Shown here piece by piece: positions 50,175 through 62,352 of a DNA stretch of 64,000 bases. The translations under genes were made by a program, and so were the position numbers. Position 1 is the first letter of the stretch; every line of letters begins with the position of its first letter. The stretch is from Mobula hypostoma (Eukaryota). The stretch lies in NCBI RefSeq assembly GCF_963921235.1, contig NC_086108.1:10788001-10852000 (forward strand), read 5' to 3'. Below the pieces are notes generated by a model. The model saw only the letters and a program-made list of their open reading frames with translations. It was not told the DNA's origin and searched no databases.

Positions 50175-50641
50175 TAACTTCATTCAACTTCACTTGCCCC
50201 ATCATTGAGATGATCCCACATCCTATGGGAACATCTCACCTATAGACTCACTTTCAGGGACTCTTCATCTCATGTTCTCAATAATTATTGCTTATTTATT
50301 TCTTATTTCTTCTTTTCGTATTTGCACAGTTTGTTGTCTTTTGCACTCTGGTTGAACGACCTAGTTGGCCGGTCTTTCATTAATCTATTGAGTATGCCCA
50401 CAAGTAAATGAAATTTACTTTGAACTTTGGAGGAAAGTATAAGAGGGATATCAGAAGTAAGTTTTTAACATCCTGCCAGGGGGTTGGTAGAGGCAGAAAC
50501 ATTAGGGACATTTAAGAAACTCATAGGTAGGTACATGGGTGATAATAAACTAGAGGGCTATGTAGGAAGGAAGGGTTAGTAGGTTAAAAGGTTGGCACGA
50601 CATTGTGGGCTGAAGGGCCTGAACTGTGCTGTAGTGTTCTG

Positions 50642-51120
50642 CACTCAGTGGGCCTTCACCTAACAAAGTGGCCTGTTCCTGTAGTTCATCCACTTTAAAA
50701 TTCAAAGTGTTGTGCCTTCAGAAATGCTTCTGCACGCCACTGTTGTAACACGTGGTTATTTGAGTTACTGTCACCTTCCTGTTAGCTTGAACCAGTCTGG
50801 CCATTCTCCTCTGACCTCTCTCATTAACAAGGTTTTCACCCACAGAGCTGCTGCTCACTGGATGTTTTTTTCTTGTTTTTCACACCACTCTCTGTAAACT
50901 CCAAAGACATTCATGTGTGAAAATTCCAGGAGATCATCAGTTTAGAGATACTCAAACCACCCTGTCTGGCACCAACAATTGTTCAACAGTCAAAGTCACT
51001 GATATCACACTTCTTCCCCATTCTGATGTTTGGTCTAAGCAACAAATGACCATGTCTGCATGCTTTTATGCATCGAGTTGCTGCCACATGATTGGCTAAC
51101 TAGATATTTGCATTAATGAG
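50642..51120. mobile_element. Tc1/mariner-type non-autonomous remnant
   Basis: CACTCAGTGGG...CACCTAACAAAGTGGCC terminal-type motifs; related TIR fragment CTCACTGGCCTCTTTATTAGGTACA at ~24815. Confidence 0.55.
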
Positions 51121-52753
51121 TGTGTTGAATGAGTGACCGTGTTCTAATGCCGTGTGTTTGCCATGTTGTCCTGTTGTTCCATTCAGATACAAGATACAAT
51201 AATATTCATTTCTAGGTCGCAATGGTCACTTAAGAAATTCACTCGAGCTGCTGCTGAGTTTTCCTGCATTTCCTCTTTTTAGTTTGATTTTTGTGTTAGT
51301 AAGTATTCACCTCATGTCTCATCTGTTCCTCAGCTCAGGATTCAAGATTGTTTAATGCAATTTACAACGCAAGCGTAAAGGAGAATGAAATAACTGTAAC
51401 TCTGGATCCGATCGAGCACAGAGAAAACACGCAATAAGTACGTAAGAGTGCTTCCATACATGACAGTTTGCCTGTCCATAAAATGAGGCTAGGCACAGGA
51501 GTGTCTGCACGTAAAGTGACTCTGACAGGAAGTGATTAAGTCGTGGTGGTTGGGGGTGTGGATGGGTGGTTAGTGAGTGGAGGTGTAGCTCAGCCTTACT
51601 GTTTTTGAACCTGGTGGTCCTGGCATGGATGCCACATAGCCTCCTCCCTGATTAGGGCAAACAGTCCGCGAGCAGGGTGGGTGGGATGATTTAGTGACCT
51701 TATTCCGGCACCTTTCTGTATACATGTCCTTGATGTGGGCTGGTGCCAGTGGCTCTGCTGTGAGAAATGAGCGGCTCCTTTGTGTCTGAATTTGAATTCC
51801 ATTTCCTCGCCGGGAGACCGCGGTCTGCGCGGATCAGAAATAACATCTCCGCCTCGCTGATAATCAACACTGACACACCTCAGGGGTGTGTGCTTAGCCC
51901 ACTGCTCTACTCCCTCTAAACCCATGACTATGTGGCTAGGCACAGCTCAAATGCCATCTGTAAATTTGCTGGCAGAATTGCAGATGGTGGTGAGGAGGCA
52001 TGCAGGAGCAAGGTAGATCAGCTGGTTGAGTGGTATGCAGCTACAACCATGCACTCAATCCCAGTAAGACGGAAGAACTGATTGTGGACCTAGGAAGGGT
52101 AAGATGTGGGAACACACACCAGTCCTCATCGAGGCATTAGAAGTGGAACGAGTGAGCAGATTCAAGTTCCTGGGTGCCACCATCTCTGAAGATCTATCCT
52201 GGAGCCAGCATATTGATGCAGCTACGAAGAAGGCACAACAGCAGGTACGTTTCACCAGAAGTTTGTAGAGATTTGGTATTTCACCAAAGACACTTGCACA
52301 TTTCTACAGATGTACTGTGAGAGCATTCTAGTTGGTTGCGTCACCGTCCGGTACGGGTGGCCACTGCGCAGGATTGGAAAAAGCTGCAGAAAGTTGTAAA
52401 CTCAAGCAGCTCCATCATGGGCACTAGCCTCTGTGGTATCCAGGACATCTTCAAGGAGCGATGCCTCAAAAAGGCAGCATCCATCATTAAGGACCCCCGA
52501 CACCCAGAACATGTCTCTTCTCATTGCTACCAACCAGAAGGAGATACAGAAGCCTGAAGACACGCACTCAATGAATCAGGAAACAGCTTCTTCCCCTCTG
52601 CTATCCGATTGCTAAGTGGACATTGAACCCATGAATACTACTTCACTAATTTTACACTACTTACTTAATTCAACTATTATATCTAAATTAAAATAGTGTA
52701 AAGAAGTGAGGTAGTGTTGGTGAGTTCAATATCCATATAATATATACACCATT

Positions 52754-53005
52754 GGGTGACGCGGTAGCGTAGTGGTCAGCATGACGCTTCACAGTGCAGG
52801 CGACCCAGGTTCAATTCCCGCCGCTGCCCGTAAGGAGGTTGTATGTTCTCTCCGTGACTGTGTGGGTTTCCTCCGGGTGATCCGGTTTCATCCCACAGTC
52901 CCATTGTAAATTGTCCCATGATTAGACTAGGGTTTAATCGGGGTTTGCGGGGCAGCCCGGCTCAAAGGGCCAGAATGGCCTGTTCCGTGCTGGATCTCAA
53001 TAAAA
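52754..53005 (+). mobile_element. HE1/V-SINE-like tRNA-derived SINE; minus-strand relative at ~57080-57365
   Basis: A box TAGCGTAGTGG, B box GGTTCAATTCC, central GTGGGTTTCCTCCGGGTG(A)TCCGGTTTC(A)TCCCACAGTCC, CR1-like tail AAGGGCCAGAATGGCCTGTTCCGTGCTG. Confidence 0.85.
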
Positions 53006-53734
53006 TAAAATATATATTTCCTATAACTCACAGTTTTTTTTCTATTATTATATATTGCATTGCACTACTGCAGCAAAAACAACAACTTTCATGACATATG
53101 TGGGTGATATTAAACCATATTCTGATTTAGGTATTCAACTCTGAACAAAGACACCGAGCCAGTGAAATGAGATGCTCAGAGTTAAGTACAGGTGGCAGGA
53201 GTGGACGAGCACTCTCCTATTGTTTGGAGATTGGCAGTTGCAGCAACAGTTACAGCCGATTCTGTTGATGCATAATGCATTGATTCTTAATGAATTTTCC
53301 TGTATGAAATTCTAGTGCGGCACAGCAGGGAGATGGTAGCGTTCTCCTCAAGGGTCAAGAGAAACTTTTGTTTCTGTAAATTTTAAACCATAAATTATGT
53401 AAAAGATGTTGACTTTAATGAATTGCCCTGCCTGTTTTCACTCTGGCTTCAGTAATGGGGAGCCTTCCGCTGATGTTCTGTTCATTACTAATCCACAAAC
53501 ACGGTCATCCAAGCAATCATTAATTGAATGTTCCTTTCCGACTGAAATGTACAATGAAATTAAACCTTGGAGTGCTGACAGGTCTAATTTCTGTCTCCTT
53601 ACGTTCATCAGCTTGCTTTTTGGACGGAGCTTAGTCGCTGTTAGTGCAAAAAATGAATGCATTGTCTCTCCTGAGAGATGGAACCACTGGAGGACTAATG
53701 AGGCCACTCTGTTGAACAGGATGCGGTAGTCCAG

Positions 53735-54425
53735 CCCTGCTAGAGTCATTAAGAGGACAGTGAGGCCATTCAGCCCCACTAGAACCAATAAAGGTACAGG
53801 ATGAGATCATTTGGCCTCTCTAGAATCACTAAAAGAACAGGATGAGGGCATTCCTCCCCTCTAGAATCATTAATGGAATGGAATAAGGCCATTCACTCCC
53901 TCGACAATCACTAATGGAATGGTATAAGGTCATTCAGCTCCTCTAGAATCATTAACGGAATGGAATAGGGCCATTCAGCCCCTGTATAAACACTAAATGA
54001 ACAGGATGCAGACATTCGACCCCTCTAGACTCATTAAAGAAACTAGATGAGGCTATTCAGCCCCTCTAGAATCGCTAAAGGAACAGGATGTTGCCATTCA
54101 TCCCCTCTAGAATCAGTAAGAACAAGATAAGGCTATTCAGCCCCTCTAGAATCACTAAAAGAACCGCATGAGGTTATTTGGCCAATCTAGAATCTCTACA
54201 GGAACAAGATGAGGTCACTCAACCTCTCTAGAATAATTTAAGGGAAAGGGTGAAGCCATTCAGCCCCTCTATAGTCACTAAAAGAACATGATTGGGCTAT
54301 TTTGCCCTCTAGAATCGCTAAAGGAAGAGAATGAGTCCATTTTGCCTCTCTAGAAACACTAAAGGAAACTGATGAAGCTATAGGAACAAGGTGAAGTTAG
54401 TTGGCCACTCTGGAATCAAAGGAAA
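53735..54425. repeat. ~41-bp degenerate minisatellite, about 16 copies
   Basis: Consensus TCTAGAATCACTAAAGGAACAGGATGAGGCCATTCAGCCCC. Confidence 0.92.
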
Positions 54426-54784
54426 AGAGTGAGGGCAATCTGTGCCTAAGGCTCTTTTAATATTGAATTAGAACCCAGTTAGTTTTATGCCTCAGGTCTA
54501 CCTGGCTTCCTTTGTTTTTTTACTTCATTACCTGTTAAAGGATGGCCTCAGGCTCTGTTTTTGGAATCTTCTCCCTTTTTAAAGGAGCACAGATATCCAC
54601 CGTTGAAAGTCTTTGTTAGAGTGGATGTGGGGAGGATGTTTCCTGTAGTGAGCGAGTCTAGGACCAGAGGGCACAGCCTCAGAATAGAGTAACATCCATT
54701 CAGGGGAAAGAATTTCTTCAGCCCGACGCTGGTGAGTCTGTGGAATTTGTTTCCACGGACAGTTGTGAAGGCCAAATCTTTATG

Positions 54785-55531
54785 CAGACATCCCACCTCT
54801 CCCAGAAGTTCCGGGAGTCTCCCGCATATTGATAGTGGCTCCCTGACGCCCGCAAATTATATACAATATCTCGGAAATCGATTTTTTGAGAGCGAGCGAA
54901 TGGGGGGGCGGGGAGAGAGAGAGAAAAAGTGAGTGACAGACGTAGCGAGAGAGTGACAGAGAGAGATCCTGATTGGTCTCTCTGTGTGCTAAGTAGACCT
55001 AACAGTTTTCTCTGTGGGTGGGCTTTGCAGTCGACCTCTCTCTCTCTTTCATTGTCCACCAGTTCAGTTTAGTGTCCATGGCAGAGTGTTCCAAAAAAAG
55101 AAAATATAAAACGTACTTCACCCCAGACTACACTAAAGTGTACCCCTGCCTAATAGGGGTCAAAAATAATGACAGTGTTGCTCGCTGCACTGTTTGTAAC
55201 AGTGACTTTTCTATTGAGCTATTCCATTGATGTCCTACGTGATGAGGCAAAACTCCCTGTAGACTTGCTTAAAGTTGTAATAGAATAAAAAAATGACTCC
55301 ATGATAATATAATATAATATAATTGTGAATCTTGTGAATCTGGTGTCTTGCAAAATTAACAAATTCATTGACACAGACTGCTATGAGGTTGAGACTTCCG
55401 GCAAAATGCTCAAATCTGCCAAGCAAGCCACATCACAGTGCAAGGAAAGTTTGCAAAAGAAATAGAAAAGCTATTTGCATTAGCATTTAGCTGTTAGCAT
55501 TGAGACTGCCAACAAAATACTCAACAAGGAG

Positions 55532-55574
<43 letters not shown>

Positions 55575-55748
55575 GTAGTTTCAATATGTGATCAAATAAA
55601 TTGTTGTGTTCTTTCATAATCAAATGTCCTGTACACATACACCTTTGGAGGTCGACCGGGGGTTGGGGGGGGTCGGATATGGTGTTGCGGGGGGCGGTGG
55701 TGGTGGTGCTACCTCCCTGAAATGAGTTTTTGCAGGGTGGGATGTCTG
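54785..55748 (+). mobile_element. Internally deleted hAT-like DNA transposon inserted in a CR1 tail
   Basis: Perfect TIRs CAGACATCCCACC / GGTGGGATGTCTG; N-terminal transposase remnant MAECSKKRKYKTYF...YPCL...ARCTVCNSDFSI (BED-like) at ~55078-55215; CR1 host is continuous across the insertion. Confidence 0.85.
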
Positions 55749-56389
55749 GTTATGTATATTTAAAGCAGAGGCTGATAAGTTTTTGATTAGTAAGGTCATC
55801 AAAGGTTATGGAAAGAAGGCTGAAAAATGGCGTTGAGCGGGATAATAAATTAGCCATGACGGAATGGCTTGATGGGCTGAATGGCCTGATTCTACTTCTA
55901 TATCTAATGAACTAGTGCCTAAATTTCTGCATTTTCCATCTTACTTTGGACCCCACTACCGGGGGGAATGTTTCTCTGTATCAGCTGATCCTTTGCCATC
56001 TCAAGGGTTCCAGTTCAATTATCCTCTAGACCCCATAAACTCAGGAGGGTGGAGAAGAGGCCTAGAGATGGTGCAGGACCAGCCAGCGACCAAAGTCAGG
56101 GGGGAAGAGGAAGCTGAATGGTTGAATGGTTCCATTTAATAACAGAGAATGTATATAGTACACAACCTGAAATTCTGACTCTCCACAGACATCCACAAAA
56201 CAGAAAAAGAACCCCCAAAGAATGAATGTCAGGAAAACATTAAAACTCCAAAGACCCACTCCCCCTCCCCATGCACAATCAGTAGCAAAGCATCAACTCT
56301 TTCCCTCCCCCTCCCCCCGCCCACCTCAGCAAAAGCATGAGCCCCCACCCCATCACCTAGATGGAGTATAAGGTGTTGCTCCACCACCC

Positions 56390-56650
56390 CGAGCCGATGT
56401 GGGCAAAATTCCAGACCACAGCGCACAAAGTTTGCCACACAGCCAACCAGCGATGAGATTTCTTCCCTACAACACGTGGGTTTCTGTGATGATGACCAAT
56501 CAGCTGATTGATACGTATATAAAGGCCAAGCATTGGGAGAACACTCCACAATCGACAGCCCCCTGGCGGTGTCTCTCCTTATGGGGACAAAACATTTGCA
56601 AGTAAATTGCCAAGATTGGAGAACTACTTGACCCAATCGTCATCTACCTG
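56390..56650 (+). mobile_element. Poseidon-like pLTR remnant; minus-strand copy at ~60755-61015
   Basis: ATTCCAGACCACA...CAGCGATGAGATT...CAGCTG...TATAA(A/C)GGCCAAGCATT is shared between the copies; decayed hammerhead (CTGAAA..GTGACGAAA in the 60.8-kb copy). Confidence 0.65.
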
Positions 56651-57368
56651 ACCTGCACATCGTCCAAAGTAAATCATTGCACGGACCTGTACGGCACTGT
56701 ACTGTTACCAGGGGCACCCATCCCAAACCCTCCTTCATCCAGGCTCCTTCAACAAAATCCTAGCAAAGCAACTGATGTCGCAGTCTTAGTCAGCTTCAAG
56801 GTGAGAAAAAGCTGGGCTGGGTGTGAGGTTAATGAAATGCAAATTAAAAGCAATAAAATATAAAGTGGTGTATGAGCGAGTGAAGATGAAGAGTCCCTAG
56901 GCCCAGCTGAAACATGTGACTCCAGCAATGAAGCCTGAACAGATATACTCCCAGAATCTAAATGTTAGCCACCGTTAGTATTATCACCAGGGAAAAATCA
57001 AAGAGACATTAAAAGATTATGTACTTCAACAATTTTGTGGTTATCCAGATGGTGGAAAACTTGGAAATTATTTCATTTGTTTGTTTATTAAGATAGAGCG
57101 TGGAACAGGCCCTCCCAGTGCTCAGAGCCACGCCCACCAGCAACGCACCGAGTTAACCCTAGCCTAAACCACCGGATAATTCACAATGACCAATTAACCT
57201 ACTAACCGGTACATCCGTGGATTGTGGGAAGAAACCGGAGCACCCGGAGCAAACCCACGTTGTTTCCGGGGGGACGTACAAACTCTTTAAAGGCCGCAGC
57301 AGGAACTGAACCCGAGTCGCCTGTAGTGTAAAGAGTTGTGCTCACCACTACACTACTGTACCCCAGCT

Positions 57369-57730
57369 AAGAGTGTACAGGTGAGGGGATGTCACGAGGC
57401 AGATCCCAGTGAAGAGTGTATAGGTGAGCAGATGTCACAAGGTAGTCACCAGTGAAGAGTGTACAGGTGAGGGGATGTCACAAGGTAGACACCAGTGAAG
57501 AGTGTACAGGTGAGCAGATGTCACAAGGTAGACACCAGTGAAGAGTGTACAGGTGAGGGGATGTCACGAGGCAGATCCCAGTGAAGAGTGTATAGGTGAG
57601 CAGATGTCACAAGGTAGACACCAGTGAAGAGTGTACAGGTGAGGGGATGTCACGAGGCAGATCCCAGTGAAGAGTGTACAGGTGAGGGGATGTCACGAGG
57701 CAGATCCCAGTGAAGAGTGTACAGGTGAGG
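57369..57730. repeat. 43-bp minisatellite, about 8 copies, two interspersed variants
   Basis: AGTGAAGAGTGTA(C/T)AGGTGAG followed by GGGATGTCACGAGGCAGATCCC or CAGATGTCACAAGGTAGACACC. Confidence 0.95.
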
Positions 57731-58213
57731 TTGGTTTTCACAAGACAGACACCAGCGCCATTATGCCCCAACCAAAAGCACGTCATGGACCAACGCCAGG
57801 AAGTGGATTTTTCCGTTCAGGAATCACCGTTGCCTGAGGCAACGATACTCACTCAGTGCGTCTGCGGCTTAGATTACTCTGTAGAAGTGATTTAGTTCAT
57901 GTTGAGAAGGTGTTTTTACTCAAAATTAATGAATTTGATTAAACTGGTGACATTGAAATATGTGCGGTTAGGGCATTTTTGACATTTTTAAAACACTGCT
58001 ACTGATGTAGACAAAATGAATTTGTCGACACGTGCTAGGCATTTACTGGCATCAGCCAGAAGTTCCCTGCTTTTTCAAAACACGATTAATAATTAATCAT
58101 TGCTTGTAGGAAGCAAAGCGTCCAGTTTGGAACACAAACACCCAAATGCAAACCCAAGCCCACGTCCAGATCCCAAACTATTGTTTGCTGTGAAGAGTAT
58201 TCTGACTCCCCCC

Positions 58214-58672
58214 ACTCAGGTTGGAGGAACAACACCTTATATTCCGTCTGGGTAGCCTTCAACCTGATGGCATGAACATCGACTTCTCTAACTTCCGCTA
58301 ATGCCCCACCTCTCTCTCTGTCCCTCTGAATATACCCCTTGCCCATCCTCTGGGTCCCCCCCCCTTGTCTTTCTTCCCGGACCTTCTGTCCCATGATCCT
58401 CTCGTATCCCCTTTCCCCTTTTGCCTATCACCTGTCCAGCTCTTGGCTCCATCCCTCCCCCTCCTGTCTTCTCCTATCATTTTGGATCTCCCCCTCCCCC
58501 TCCAACTTTCAAATCCCTTACTCACTCTTCCTTCAGTTAGTCCTGACGAAGGGTCTCGGCCTGAAACGTCGACTGCACCTCTTCCTAGAGATGCTGCCTG
58601 GCCTGCTGTGTTCACCAGCAACTTTTATGTGTGCTGCTTGAATTTCCAGCATCTGCAGAATTCCTGTTGTTT
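58214..58672 (+). mobile_element. Young Penelope-like 3' fragment
   Basis: Nearly identical to 28968-29482 apart from an internal deletion. Confidence 0.92.
58539..58574 (+). ncRNA. Minimal type I hammerhead ribozyme motif (intact core)
   Basis: AGTCCTGACGAAGGGTCTCGGCCTGAAACGTCGACT, identical to 29350-29385. Confidence 0.85.
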
Positions 58673-58994
58673 CCCTCAGATAGACGTGTGCCACCAAGGT
58701 TCCAGGTGTTATCCAGAAAGATCTCCCATACTCCAGCCTACACATGTCTTGCAGCCCCGACTCCGTGCATTAATGTAAGATGGGATACCCTGACACCATT
58801 TACACCTTCATACATTCAACAAATCATTTGTGCTGGCACTCAAGATCCATTTTTTTTCTAACCCTGGCATCAGGCCAACGTGTCTGTCCCTGTGGCTTTG
58901 TTCTCAACAGAGGGAAGGTGCAAGGAAGCAGAGTGCTCAAATGGGTTAATTAAATTTATTCCATATTCTACCCAGGCTACTTCCAAGGTTGTCA

Positions 58995-59556
58995 AGCCGA
59001 GGAGTGGTAGTGGGGACAAGCTCCCACTACCTAAAAGTTCTCCTCATGGCATGAGCCTCAAATAGCTTCTGACAACCAAGTCCAACTCCTGGCCTTCTCG
59101 TGCGGCTTAGCCTCTAAGCCCGGTGGAACTGTTTCTACTGACAGGAGCAGGGGCAAAGGCGGGTCCTGGCGCCTTAAAACCAGTGCTTTGGGTAGATGGA
59201 GCTCGTCAGTCTGGGAAGGCAGTCCATCTAAGAGCGGGAAAACTCTGATTTCAAATCTCCGCTGCCTTACGGCCATACCCACTCATGGAAAAGGATTCGG
59301 GAGTAAACCCTGAGGACAAATCCGGAGCTGGAGTCCCTAAGGAAGTCCGACGTTACCTTCAACCTCGTTCTGGCAACTCCTGCGATGACATTGGTGCCAA
59401 GCTGTACCCGCCTTTGCCCTTCCATTGGACAACGTCGGTGTCGTGGAGAGGGGGAGACCTGCAGCATGGGCAACTGCCGGTCTTCCATACAACCTTGCCC
59501 AGGCCTGCGCCCTACAGAGGGCGCAGGTCCATGGTCTCACGAGACTAACAGATGCC
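58995..59556 (+). mobile_element. ORF-less RTE-like element; fragment at ~44560-44705 (-)
   Basis: GGAAAACTCTGATTTCAAA motif typical of RTE 5' UTRs; the 3' ~180 bp match the SINE tail at 36648-36840; followed by (CA)n. Confidence 0.7.
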
Positions 59557-62021
59557 ACACACACTCACAATGGAACGTGCATGACCATTGTGGAAAACAC
59601 TGCGGTCATCCTTCCCTACAAACATCTACAGCATGTGACCTTTTCAAGGAGCAAGAAGTTCTCCCCGTCATAGTGCGTGTTCGCAGGCGTGGACTCAACT
59701 GTGGAAAAACAGCAGACTCTGTCACGGTGAGCACTGGCAATGACTCAGCCCTGGAGCTGAGGAATGGCTTCCTCCTCATGCAGAGACAGAAACAAGAGGT
59801 TAGACACCGGAATTTCTCTACTTTTATGTATCGCAATACATTGCTTCCCCAAGGACAACTAATTTCACCACATATACCTGAATCTGATCCCGAGTCTTGT
59901 ACTCGTTGCCTCAAACAATAAATGCAATTCTTTTCGAATAAACACAAGAGATTCTGCAGATGCTGGTAATCCAGAGCAACACACACAAAATGCTGGAGGA
60001 ACCCAGCAGGTCAGGCAGCATCTATGGAGAGGAATAAACAGTGTCCGGGTTTTGGGCCAAGACCCTTCTGCAGGACTCCTTTTGAATTCAGATTTTTTAA
60101 ATATATATATTAAATAGTGAAATTAAGTAAGTAGTGCAAAAATAGAAAAGAAAAGTAGTGATGTATTTTCATGGGTTCAGTGTCTATTCAGAAATTGGAT
60201 GTTAGAGGGGTGAAAGCTGTTCCCAAATCACTGAGTGTACGTCTTCAGGCTCCCGTACCTCCTCCCTGATGGTAGCAATGAGAACAAGGCATGACCTGGG
60301 TGGTGGGGGTCCTTAATGATGGATGCTGCCTTTTTGAGGCCCCACTCATTGAAGTTGTCCTGAATCCTGGAGGTTAGTGCCTATGATGGAGCTGACTGAG
60401 TTTACAACTCTCTGCAGCTTACTTCAATCCCGTACAGTAGCCTCCCCCCACCTCCCAGATGGTGATGCAGCCAGTTAGAATGCTCTCCATGGTCCATCTG
60501 TGGAAGTTTGTAAGGAAGCCATATTGCAGCTTCATAAACTCTGGTTAGGCCGAACTATATACAGTTCTGGACACTCCATTACAGAAAGAATGTGGAGGCT
60601 TTGAAAAGAGTGCAGAGGAGTTTGCCAGGATGCTGCCTGGTTTAGAGGGCACGTGCTATCATGAGAGGTTGGAAAAATGTATTATTTTCTCTGGAGTGGC
60701 AGAGTATGAAAGGAGAGCTGATAGAAGTTGATAACTTACAGAAAGCATAGATAAAAGTTGGGTTGAGTTGTTCTCCAATCTTGGCTATTCACTTGTGAGC
60801 ATTTCGTCACCATGTGAGGGGGCATTTCAGTGTGCTGCTGATTGTGTTGTGTCCTCCGAATGCTTGGCCGTTATACACAGTACTTTTCAACCAGCTGATG
60901 GGAGGTTATTTCAGAAACTCAGTTGTGATGTGCGGAGGGAATCTCATCGCTGATCGGCTGTTCAGGAAACTTGGTGCGTTGTGGTCTGGAATATCACCCG
61001 AGTTACGCATCTTCTGAATTCCAGTATGGATAATGTAAAAAGCCAGTACTGTTTTTCCAGGGCTTGTATATATGAGAAGGGCTAAGTTCAAGGGGCAAGT
61101 TTTGTTGCACAGAGAATGATGGGTGCCTGTAACGTGCTGCCTGGGGTGGTGATGGATTAGATTATGAAGACACACAGTCCTCTTTTATTGTCATTTAGTA
61201 ATGCATTTATTAAGAAATGATACAATATTTCCTCCGGTGTGATATCACAAAAACGCAGGACAGACCAAGACTGAAAAAACTGACAAAACCACATAATTAT
61301 AACACATAGTTACAACAATGCAACAATACCAATACTTGATGAAGAAGTCCATGAGCACAGTAAAAGTTCAAAGTTTCTCAAATGTCCCACATCTCACGCA
61401 GACGGGAGAAGGAAGAAAACTCTCCCCGATATGCCGACCACAGTCCGACTCTGAGTCATCCGAAAACTTCGAGCCTCTGATCAGCCCTCCGACACCGAGT
61501 ACTGAGCGCCATCTCTGTCCGATCGATTTGACCTCAATCTCGGTCGCCAACAGCAGGCAAAGCCGGGGATTTTGAGGCCTTCCCTCCGGAAGATTCCCGA
61601 CCACACAGTAACGAGCGTTTCAGAAATTTCTCTAGCTGTTCCTCTGTGCTTTCACGTTCATTCTCCATCAAATTAGAATTGTCCACGGCTCCTATTTAAC
61701 AGATACCATATCATTTTTCACCGGAGGGCTGCTCACACGCAGGCGCGCTGCTCTCTCTCCTCCCACCGAGGCAGATATGATGGAGATGTTTAAGAAACTC
61801 TTAGGCAGGCATGTGAAGGTGCAGGGACTGGAGGGATATGGATGTTGTGTAGGTAGAAGGGATTAGCCTAGTCAAGTGTTTAATTGCTAGTGTAATTGAT
61901 TTGGCACAACATCATAGATCAAAGGGCCTTAGCCTGTGCTGGACTCTTCCATGTTCCAGAAGAAAGTTGTCTGCATGTGACGGTCTCTCTGCTCCCAGAG
62001 GAAGGTTCCTGCACTCGAATA

Positions 62022-62039
62022 GTCTCCCTCCCTCTCTCC

Positions 62040-62073
<34 letters not shown>

Positions 62074-62248
62074 GTTCTCTCCCTCTCTCTCTCTCTCTCT
62101 CCTTCTCTCTCTCTCTCTCTCTCACTCTCTCCCTCTCTCTCTCTCTCTCACTCTCTTGTTCTCTCTCTCTCTCTCACTCTCTCTCTCTCCCTCTCTCCTC
62201 TCTCTCTCTCACACTCTCTCCCTCTCTCTCCCTCACTCTCTCTCTCTC

Positions 62249-62279
<31 letters not shown>

Positions 62280-62305
62280 CACTCTCTCTCTCTCTCTCTC
62301 TCACA

Positions 62306-62348
<43 letters not shown>

Positions 62349-62352
62349 TCTC
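62022..62352. repeat. Compound (CT)n microsatellite
   Basis: Directly visible. Confidence 0.98.
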
